From a bacterium (GTDB lineage: Bacteria > Muiribacteriota > UBA6191): a stretch of DNA of 24,914 bases. The stretch's first letter is position 1. Every line of letters begins with the position of its first letter. Where the stretch lies: the NCBI GenBank assembly GCA_036339875.1, contig JAYZAC010000071.1, forward strand, positions 1-24,914, written 5' to 3'. The notes below the pieces were generated by a model. The model did no database searches, was not told the DNA's origin, and saw only the letters and a program-made list of their open reading frames with translations. Below are positions 1 through 7,935 of the stretch, one piece after another. A program made the position numbers and the translations under genes.

Positions 1-636
1 CGTTCATTCGAGAGAATTCCACTAGACCAACAAGATGTGATTGAACGTCAGATCATCTCCAATAGGATGCGTCAGCAAAGTAGTAACCTTTATGGTATGG
101 ACCAAGGAAGTGCCGCTCTCGTACAGATAATGTCATCCTTCTGTGATCAACCGAAATCGTACACTGACGCCTATCCAAAATATAAAAAGACGCAACTCGA
201 AAATTTTGAATTTTTTCGCAACGATCCTGCACAATATTCCAACTGGATTCATGGTAAAACACAAGCTCGATTTGCTACCAATTATTGGGATGATATTATA
301 GAAGTTGAATCCTTTCTATCACCCTCTGTGCAATTCATCTTCTATGGAAGAAGCAAACTTAAAGCCGTATTGCGAAATGATGATGATGGCTCATGGACTC
401 TGCTTCAACCTGGGGGTAATATTTTAAGGTTTTCTCGCAGCTCTAGAGGTCGAGATACAAGCCTGAACTTTCTACTACCATTTCAGCCCGAAGAGTTCAG
501 TCTCAGCCTTCTAGATGAGGAGGACAGAATTTTAGATCATCTTGGTACACAAGATAACTTTTCTCACAGGGGAGCATACTTAATTTTAAATAACTTTGAA
601 GTTCTTCCAAGATTCAAATTATCTAATCTGGAGTAG
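1..636 (+). CDS. Hypothetical protein, C-terminal part (5' end outside the window)
   Basis: The frame of the 37..636 ORF is open from base 1 (CGT TCA TTC GAG AGA ATT ... GAT GTG), so the GTG at 37 is probably internal. Stop TAG ends at 636. No motif recognised. Confidence 0.65.
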   Translation, partial: RSFERIPLDQQDVIERQIISNRMRQQSSNLYGMDQGSAALVQIMSSFCDQPKSYTDAYPKYKKTQLENFEFFRNDPAQYSNWIHGKTQARFATNYWDDIIEVESFLSPSVQFIFYGRSKLKAVLRNDDDGSWTLLQPGGNILRFSRSSRGRDTSLNFLLPFQPEEFSLSLLDEEDRILDHLGTQDNFSHRGAYLILNNFEVLPRFKLSNLE

Positions 637-666
637 TTAATTTAGTGAGATCAAATGATACCAAGA

Positions 667-696
667 TTGCGTGTCACATATTTCTACTGATATTCT
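667..696 (+). promoter_or_regulatory. Candidate sigma70 promoter for the polyprenyl synthase gene
   Basis: TTGCGT (667-672), 18 nt, TATTCT (691-696) with a TGn extension (TG at 688-689). ATG at 706 has no obvious Shine-Dalgarno. Confidence 0.35.
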
Positions 697-705
697 GACC
701 TACTA

Positions 706-1701
706 ATGAGTCAAAACTTAAATGAAATTACTAAAACTATCTCTACAGACCTTGATAAGGTCAATGCAATTATTGATCAAGAATGCCACTCTGTTAACTC
801 ATCATATCTGCAAGAATTATTGAAATATACTTTTCGAGTAAGAGGTAAACTGCTCCGACCAACACTTGCAATAAGTACATCCGGTATCAGTGGGAAAAGT
901 TGTTCGCAAGAAGTTCTCTGGATAGCGGCAGGTCTAGAAGTTCTACATACTGCATCTCTCGTTCATGACGATATTATTGACCGAGGTTTGTTGCGTCGGG
1001 GCCAAGCTACGATACACATGGAATATGGAATTGGAGAAGCAACTCTTTTGGGAGACTGGCTTCTAGCTAAATCTTTCGAATTGATGACTCGGGTGGGTAA
1101 TCCCGTAATTAGTCATGAGATGACAATACTCACCAGTGAACTAACTGAGGGGCAGTTTTTAGAAATGGAAGCTAGTCGTGGCAAATATTATGATCAATCC
1201 AGCTACATGCGAATGATTGACTTAAAGACAGCTTCTATCTTTCGGTATGCTTGTAAGTTTGCATGCTTGTCGACCCCAGGCCTTCAAAGTCAGGCCCTCC
1301 AGATGTATGAGTTTGGAACTAATTTTGGAATAATGTTTCAAATAATTGACGACCTTATTGATTTATTTCAGGAAGACAAAGAAGCACTCAAATCCACTGG
1401 CCGAGACTTACTTAATGGACTAACAACATTACCTATTTTTATAGCTCTCGAAACCGAAGAGAATTGTACCGAAAAACCACTAAAGAAAGCTCTACAGAAT
1501 AAAGATATAAATTATATCCAAAACGAATTACCTAGAACGTTAGTGCATTCAGGTGTGTACAATAAATGCGTGAATGTCGCAAGTGAATATGGAGCTAAAA
1601 GCTTAGATTACTTACCAACAGAAGAGTCTGGTGGGAGAATCCTGAAAGAACTTGTAGACTTCACTCTAAATCAAACTAAATCGGTGAACCTCGTTACTTA
1701 A
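706..1701 (+). CDS. ispB: Long-chain trans-polyprenyl diphosphate synthase (IspB/HepT-like)
   Basis: GKLLRP, first Asp-rich motif HTASLVHDDIID followed by RRG, LGD, GQ, KTA, second motif FQIIDDLID, GRDL. A small residue (Ala) five positions before the first DDxxD fits a long-chain product. Confidence 0.9.
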   Translation: MSQNLNEITKTISTDLDKVNAIIDQECHSVNSSYLQELLKYTFRVRGKLLRPTLAISTSGISGKSCSQEVLWIAAGLEVLHTASLVHDDIIDRGLLRRGQATIHMEYGIGEATLLGDWLLAKSFELMTRVGNPVISHEMTILTSELTEGQFLEMEASRGKYYDQSSYMRMIDLKTASIFRYACKFACLSTPGLQSQALQMYEFGTNFGIMFQIIDDLIDLFQEDKEALKSTGRDLLNGLTTLPIFIALETEENCTEKPLKKALQNKDINYIQNELPRTLVHSGVYNKCVNVASEYGAKSLDYLPTEESGGRILKELVDFTLNQTKSVNLVT

Positions 1702-2966
1702 TCTTGATTTTCATCATGGATGATTATGCGAACCGATTGAATCGATAAATTATTCATTTCAATGATTTCAAAATAGAGGTTTTCCAAGCTAAAACTATCA
1801 CCTTGACTCGGTATTCTCTCAAATAGTGTGATTAAATATCCCGCAAGTGTATCAAAACCTTGCTTACTTAATGATAGGCCAGTTTCCTCATTGAGATCAT
1901 CAATATCTATAAGACCTTCCACATGAAACTCATTATCATTTATTTGTTTAACGAGTGGTTCGAAAACCTCGTGTTCTTCTGCAATCTCCCCAACAAGTTC
2001 TTCCATAATATCTTCTATTGTGACAATTCCATCGCAACCACCATACTCATCCACAGCAATTACAATTGTTTGACGATTTTTCTGCATCCTAAAAAACAGT
2101 TTATCGATAGCTAATGTATTAGGCACATAATCAACTGGTTGTACAAATTCCTCTATAGATTGATCCTTATCTACGCTAAGTGCCAGAACATCATAAATGT
2201 TTACATAGCCAGTTACTCTATCGATTCTATCTTCGTAGATGGGGTATCGGGTGAAGTAACTTCTTCGCGCAAAAGCAAGAAGATCAGCAACCTTCGTATT
2301 GATTGATGAAATTGCTCTTACCTGCGTTAAAGGAACCATAATTTCTTTAACCACAGTCTCACGAAACTCAATGGTAGATTGAATCATCTTCTCTGTTTCT
2401 TCTTGTACTTTGCCAGAATCAACTGACTTCTTCATCCAATGAACAAATTCTTCTCTAGAAATTGACATTGAAGCAGAACCAGACTTGATGCCAAACAGAC
2501 TTGATATTGTATTGGAACAATATCTAATAATCTGAATCAATGGCCTCAATAAGAAAGTCATCAAACGCAGTGGTCGATCAATTAGAAAAATTAAGTCATT
2601 GGCATACCTTCTTCCTAAATTCTTAGGAACTATTTCAGAACAAAGTAAAATCAAAGGGGTAACTATAATTGAAGTTATAATCGGTATGGAACTTTCTAAA
2701 TCAGGAATAGAAGTTAAGCTTTTAGCGAAGAATAAAGTAGCTAATGCGGCACAACTAGTATTGGCCACATTATTACCTATTAAAATTGCTGAAAGGGCTG
2801 TCTCAGAATTAGCAATTAATTGGAGTACTTGAACGGCTCTTTGAGAACCTTCTTCCCTTAGATGCTCCAGCTTTATTCGGTTTGCAGTTACCAAAACAAT
2901 CTCTGCAGCTGAAAAGAACGCAGATATTAATAATGTTATAAAAACTGCAATTAGAATTGTACTCAA
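1698..2966 (-). CDS. CNNM/CorB-family (DUF21 + 2xCBS + CorC_HlyC) putative Mg2+/Co2+ transporter, copy 2
   Basis: SAFFSAAE, ILIGNNVAN, SEIVPK in the membrane domain; VKEIMVP, FTRYPIY, VDEYGG..GIVTIEDIMEELVGEI; C-terminal FDTLAG. Start overlaps the upstream paralog's stop by 4 nt. Confidence 0.92.
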   Translation of the reverse strand: MSTILIAVFITLLISAFFSAAEIVLVTANRIKLEHLREEGSQRAVQVLQLIANSETALSAILIGNNVANTSCAALATLFFAKSLTSIPDLESSIPIITSIIVTPLILLCSEIVPKNLGRRYANDLIFLIDRPLRLMTFLLRPLIQIIRYCSNTISSLFGIKSGSASMSISREEFVHWMKKSVDSGKVQEETEKMIQSTIEFRETVVKEIMVPLTQVRAISSINTKVADLLAFARRSYFTRYPIYEDRIDRVTGYVNIYDVLALSVDKDQSIEEFVQPVDYVPNTLAIDKLFFRMQKNRQTIVIAVDEYGGCDGIVTIEDIMEELVGEIAEEHEVFEPLVKQINDNEFHVEGLIDIDDLNEETGLSLSKQGFDTLAGYLITLFERIPSQGDSFSLENLYFEIIEMNNLSIQSVRIIIHDENQD

Positions 2967-4222
2967 CTTTGTTCCTCTCCTGATAACAAAAGATTAAGCT
3001 CAATCCACAATATTCTGCGATCCTCCATTTCCAGAACACTGATCACAAAATTAGTATCTTGTAATTTATCACCTACCTTGGGAATCCTATTTAACTGCTG
3101 AACTAAGAATCCAGCGATTGTTATTCCAGGTTCTAATTCCTCGTCATGAAATATATCTTCACCTATATGAGTATTTATTTCTCTACATGTAACCGAAGCA
3201 TCTATCTTGAACAAGCCCTTTCCAAGTGTTTGTATTTCTTCCTCTTCAGTAATTTTTTCCGGATCTCTCCATTCTCCAAAAATACTCTCCAAGACTTCCT
3301 CAATACTTATAATTCCTTGAGTATTCCCGTATTCATCCAAGAGGACGGCTAACTTGAGATTTTTTGTCTGCATTTCCTGCAATAGTTTATCTAAGGGCTT
3401 TCGTTCGGGAATTAGATAAACGGGTTTCATAATTTCCTCTAATGACTTTTCAGGAAATAGTAAAAAATCCTTCACTTGAAAGTAAGCAACAATAGTATCT
3501 AAATCCTTTTCATAGACAGGCATCTTCGAGTAAGGAAAATCTATTAGTTTCTCTGATATGGATAAGCGAGATTCATTTAATTCAACAGCTAAAATATCTG
3601 GACGAGGCACCATTCGTTCAACAGCATAAACCTCATGAAATTCAAAAATCTGCTCAATTAACTTTTTTTCCCAACCATGAAAGACACCCTGTTGCTCGCC
3701 TAAACTGACCATGGTAGTTAACTCATCAGTAGACAAATCACCGTCTTCATTCTCTTTTTTCTTACCAAACAAAACATTCAAGATTGCTTCACTAATTTGA
3801 TCTAATATTTTAATTACGGGATATACCGTTCTTTTCAAGAAAACAAGAATCGGAGCTGATAGCAGAGCAAAATTCGATGCGTTTTTCAATGCAATTGTCT
3901 TAGGGGTAATTTCCGAAAACACTATCAGTAATGCAGTCACAAAGAAAACAGAAGGAGCAAGTCCAGCTTCTCCAAAACTTTGCATAGCTAATTGCGAAAC
4001 TTTTGATGATAAAAAAACATTCACTATTAGATTACCAACCAAGATAACAATTAAAGCACTAGATTTATTTTCCAAAAGATTGCGAAGACTTCGTGTAAAA
4101 ATATTTTCCCGTGATTTGATTTTTTGAACTTCAGTATCTCGTAGAGAAAAAATTGATACTTCTGAGCCACTAAAGAGTGCTGATAACAGTAGCAAACTAA
4201 TTAATAAAATCAAGTCAGCCAA
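2963..4222 (-). CDS. CNNM/CorB-family (DUF21 + 2xCBS + CorC_HlyC) putative Mg2+/Co2+ transporter, copy 1
   Basis: SALFSGSE, ILVGNLIVN, FSEITPK, MVPRPDI, YSKMPVY, LDEYG..GIISIEEVLESIFGE, TIAG. TTG start is preceded by AGGAG on the minus strand. Confidence 0.92.
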   Translation of the reverse strand: MADLILLISLLLLSALFSGSEVSIFSLRDTEVQKIKSRENIFTRSLRNLLENKSSALIVILVGNLIVNVFLSSKVSQLAMQSFGEAGLAPSVFFVTALLIVFSEITPKTIALKNASNFALLSAPILVFLKRTVYPVIKILDQISEAILNVLFGKKKENEDGDLSTDELTTMVSLGEQQGVFHGWEKKLIEQIFEFHEVYAVERMVPRPDILAVELNESRLSISEKLIDFPYSKMPVYEKDLDTIVAYFQVKDFLLFPEKSLEEIMKPVYLIPERKPLDKLLQEMQTKNLKLAVLLDEYGNTQGIISIEEVLESIFGEWRDPEKITEEEEIQTLGKGLFKIDASVTCREINTHIGEDIFHDEELEPGITIAGFLVQQLNRIPKVGDKLQDTNFVISVLEMEDRRILWIELNLLLSGEEQS

Positions 4223-4272
4223 AATGAACTCCTGCTACCTCAAAAATCTGGTACCTATTAAAAAAATGAAAA

Positions 4273-5004
4273 CTACTGCAGAGCATTGAATTTTTTTGCA
4301 TAATCTTTTGATAAATATAGATCACCTTTTTGAAAGTGAAACTCCGATAAGGCCAAGAATAATTCGGCACTTGACTGAACTTTTTCAGCGGCAATCTTGA
4401 GATTTTTGAAAGCTTCCTGTAGGTTCCCCTGCTTCATTAATACTCGAGCTTTTAAGATATAAGCATCCGCATATTCCGGCTCTATTTCTATAACCGTTTT
4501 CACCTGCTGCATTGCAAAAATAAAATCTTCTCCTAGGAGCCCAACACGACCTAATTCCACATAAATCCGTGGCTCTAATGGATCTAGTTGAGAAGCCTGT
4601 ATAAGCAGTTGTTTTGCACTCTTCAGTTTACCAGATCTAATTTTCAATATCGCTGCACGAACTAAACTCAAAGCAATTTTATTAGATTCATCTGTGTTAC
4701 TCGAGTCATACCTTATACCCTGACTTACCCGATACAACACCACATCTTGCGGACCAGGGTCCATATTTCGTTGATATAATTTCGTATTCATCCAAAGTCG
4801 GTACTTCTCAAGTTCTTCACCAAGAGTAACTTCATTAAGCATAACATGATTTTGCTGCCTCATTTCTACAGCATTAGAAGCTTTTTTTCTAAGTTCCTTG
4901 GCACGGTGAATTGAAATCAAAAAAACAGTCAGCAGTAATACCGAGAGTATCGTGACAACAATCATGATCTCTACAGCTGTATAACCTTTACGAAGGCGAT
5001 TCAT
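4273..5004 (-). CDS. Type IV prepilin-like N-terminus fused to a TPR-repeat C-terminal domain
   Basis: MNRLRKG|YTAVEIMIVVTILSVLLLTVF: basic leader, Gly at -1, Glu at +5, hydrophobic helix. C-terminal half has TPR-type repeats (AKQLLIQASQLDPLEPRIYVELG; VIEIEPEYADAYILKA; AELFLALSEFHFQKGD). Confidence 0.75.
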   Translation of the reverse strand: MNRLRKGYTAVEIMIVVTILSVLLLTVFLISIHRAKELRKKASNAVEMRQQNHVMLNEVTLGEELEKYRLWMNTKLYQRNMDPGPQDVVLYRVSQGIRYDSSNTDESNKIALSLVRAAILKIRSGKLKSAKQLLIQASQLDPLEPRIYVELGRVGLLGEDFIFAMQQVKTVIEIEPEYADAYILKARVLMKQGNLQEAFKNLKIAAEKVQSSAELFLALSEFHFQKGDLYLSKDYAKKFNALQ

Positions 5005-5009
5005 AATAC

Positions 5010-7913
5010 CTATTGTGGACTAATATCCTTCTGTTTCCAAGAAATACCTGGAGGATGCTGTTGATGATTTTGAAATGCATCCATAAGTAACAATCCTGAA
5101 CGCAATATTGAATCACTAAAGCGAACAAAATAATTTCTATCATTTGCCAAATAATTAAATTGCTGACTACTTTTTTTAATCTTTTTCTCGAATATCTTCT
5201 TTAATTCATCAGGCGTAAAATCAACAGAGGAAATTTTAAAGTGATTAGGTGAACCCGGTATAGCCTCTAGCTTGTAAATGGGAAAATACAAATTGAATAT
5301 CGGCCCGTACCGACTTTTCTCAATTTCATTTGATCGGTAATTGAAATCTAAAATAGGATTTATGAATATTTCTTTGTCTCTCCCTGGCGGCGGAACAGCT
5401 TCCCAATGAAAAATACTACTTAATTCTGCTTGGCCAACTAGAGGTCGAACTCCCGTTGGATCTCCTGTAAACCCATAGCCGAATCCTACCCAAGTCGATC
5501 CCAATTCATGATTAATTTTTACTGGATGAATTGGCTTCGCTGTAATAAACCTTCTTTTAGACATTTTATCAACATACTTTAGAGCAAAAGAATCCTTCTC
5601 ACTCAGTGCAGTTGAATTACTTTTATGCCCAATCAATTGCTTACTCAGAAGTGAATGACGCAGCTTAATAAATTTATAAAGTAGAGCGCGTCTTGCTAGA
5701 ATCGTCATAGCAACTTGTTTTGGCATGTAATTAGACAGTTCATTAATGAATTCCAGACTGCCTCGACCTTTTAGAGAATTGTTACGGCTCTTTAACCAAC
5801 TGTCACCCAAACAAATTCCTAGCGTAGTCCCAAAAAAAGTGGGGCTTGGCACGGGCTTTTCCCATATTATATTCACACTATTTCCGTCATCACTAAGTTC
5901 TCCACTTAAGCTATGCAGAATACCTGTTGGAAGTTTTACTGCATACTCTCCTCTTGAATTTAGTGGTTGTCGCTCTAGTGGTAAAAGGGTATTTTTCAAT
6001 ACCTCCTCTACATCAGATTTAAATGGCTGGAGCTCTTCTCCGCTAATATCTACGATTCCTGTACGTTGCTTCATAAGATCGTGAACTAGACCATAAATAC
6101 TTCTATTATCTGGACTCGTTGAACCCATGCTTGATTTCAAAGAGTACTCAAGTGCTAAATTTTCCAAATTGTAATGCACCGATTGAAAACCATCATCGAA
6201 TAAATTATTTGTAGTATCTTGCGAATATTGCTCTCTGAGGTCTAGCTCATAATTCAATAAACAAGCCATCCGTTTATGCTCTGGTGAAGTTTCTGTAGAA
6301 CTGATACTGAAAACATCCTGATTGTCTGATTTATCAACTCTAATATCTTTTAAGTTTATATCCTCAAAAATCTGAAGACATTTAGAGGTCTTATTTTGGA
6401 AAGCTACATTGAACCTCACAACCAAATCAGGAAAATTATTTTTCCACAATCGAAACAGGTTTTGAAGTTCTTGCTGATAAGTTACCCGATTAGAAATTTT
6501 GGCTTTTTTATTATATCTGTCAATCCATTCGCGAAGATATATCTTACGACTATCCAAGCTGAGTTTAACCTTTTGTAATTGATCATAAATTTTTGTAAAG
6601 GCCTTGTTCAATCCAATAATCTCGGACATCATAAAAAGTCTAGTCTGAACAAGTTTTTGTAGGGAATCCAATAAATAATCAAAATCTTTTGGGGAAATGT
6701 TCTTTTTTGCTAATTCTGCTAAAAATCTGGCTAATTGACCTCTGTTGTACAGTTTTTTCAAATTGACTTTAATCTCATAAGTATTAAGCAATTCATTAAT
6801 TGATAATTCTAATTTTTCAAAGTTACGTTTGTGACCTTCTAAATTGGAATAACGTTGATCAAACTCATTTAATAAAAGAATATTTCTCTCACCATTTTGC
6901 TGAATTTGGATACGTTTATTATTCAAGTAAGGCATAAAAATTGATTCTATATTGCTTTGTACCTTTACTAATCCATTCACCTCAAAGACGCTGTTTACAT
7001 GAGTTAGGCCGGAGGTAAGTGAACCATTGACTTGTTGACCTTCAATAATAAAAGACCTTTTAAGATTCACCCCTTCAAAAAGAATAGATAATTTTCGATG
7101 TTCAATCTCAGTCAATTGATACTTTGATCTTCGACCTTGATGATCCTTATCGGAGATCAATAACACACCACGCGACATCCAAATAGAAACTGCAAAAATC
7201 ATACTAAAATAATGAGAAGAAATCTCTTTATAGTTCTCAGACTGACTAGCAAACATAGCTAAATGATCGATTCGATTTTGTAATTCTTCTCCAATATGTT
7301 GATTCTTTCGTGAACCTAAATGATCAAAATTAGCCTGTTCATTCAATTCAAAACTTGCATGTATTGTTTCAAGTTCAATTTGTAAAACTGTACTAAACTC
7401 TAAAAGATCTAAATGCGCCCCAGTCAGTTTGATAAAATTATTGTGTATTTCCCACAAGCTGAAAGTACTACCTTCTTTTATCAACTGCGAGAACCAGCTA
7501 TCAGCTTTCTGTAAATCGACTCCGAAATCGGTCAAAGCCTTCTTGAATGAATCTCCAAGCACAAATTTCTCTAGGAATTTGGCACGTACAGGCTTACTGT
7601 ATTTCTTCACAAAATTATAATTGAGCCCTACATTTCTAGGGTCTTTTAGGAACAACTCGAACTCTCGTCCGGCCTCTTTTGAAGTCAAATCATTCAGAGG
7701 AAAGTAATGGTAGTCGTCTTCTGTTAATTTAGGAGTCGGTAACTTCTCTGCATTGCTCTTCTCAACAATCTTAGGAGAAGTTTTTGCTGTAAAATCTTGA
7801 GTGAGATCATCAACATCTGGCATTGTCTCCGCGAAATTTATTACCAAAGAAATTGTTGAAATAACAAAAAGCAACCTGCTAATTTTAGTCAGGTTGCCTT
7901 TGCAATAAATCAT
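5010..7913 (-). CDS. Large putative secreted protein of unknown function (967 aa), paralog of the upstream 1329-aa protein
   Basis: Long ORF with a signal-peptide-like N-terminus (KISRLLFVISTISLVINFA|ET). Several colinear blocks match the upstream protein (see findings). 22 nt after the upstream stop and 5 nt before the pilin-TPR start. Confidence 0.85.
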   Translation of the reverse strand: MIYCKGNLTKISRLLFVISTISLVINFAETMPDVDDLTQDFTAKTSPKIVEKSNAEKLPTPKLTEDDYHYFPLNDLTSKEAGREFELFLKDPRNVGLNYNFVKKYSKPVRAKFLEKFVLGDSFKKALTDFGVDLQKADSWFSQLIKEGSTFSLWEIHNNFIKLTGAHLDLLEFSTVLQIELETIHASFELNEQANFDHLGSRKNQHIGEELQNRIDHLAMFASQSENYKEISSHYFSMIFAVSIWMSRGVLLISDKDHQGRRSKYQLTEIEHRKLSILFEGVNLKRSFIIEGQQVNGSLTSGLTHVNSVFEVNGLVKVQSNIESIFMPYLNNKRIQIQQNGERNILLLNEFDQRYSNLEGHKRNFEKLELSINELLNTYEIKVNLKKLYNRGQLARFLAELAKKNISPKDFDYLLDSLQKLVQTRLFMMSEIIGLNKAFTKIYDQLQKVKLSLDSRKIYLREWIDRYNKKAKISNRVTYQQELQNLFRLWKNNFPDLVVRFNVAFQNKTSKCLQIFEDINLKDIRVDKSDNQDVFSISSTETSPEHKRMACLLNYELDLREQYSQDTTNNLFDDGFQSVHYNLENLALEYSLKSSMGSTSPDNRSIYGLVHDLMKQRTGIVDISGEELQPFKSDVEEVLKNTLLPLERQPLNSRGEYAVKLPTGILHSLSGELSDDGNSVNIIWEKPVPSPTFFGTTLGICLGDSWLKSRNNSLKGRGSLEFINELSNYMPKQVAMTILARRALLYKFIKLRHSLLSKQLIGHKSNSTALSEKDSFALKYVDKMSKRRFITAKPIHPVKINHELGSTWVGFGYGFTGDPTGVRPLVGQAELSSIFHWEAVPPPGRDKEIFINPILDFNYRSNEIEKSRYGPIFNLYFPIYKLEAIPGSPNHFKISSVDFTPDELKKIFEKKIKKSSQQFNYLANDRNYFVRFSDSILRSGLLLMDAFQNHQQHPPGISWKQKDISPQ

Positions 7914-7935
7914 GACTCGTTACATTAGCGTCGAT

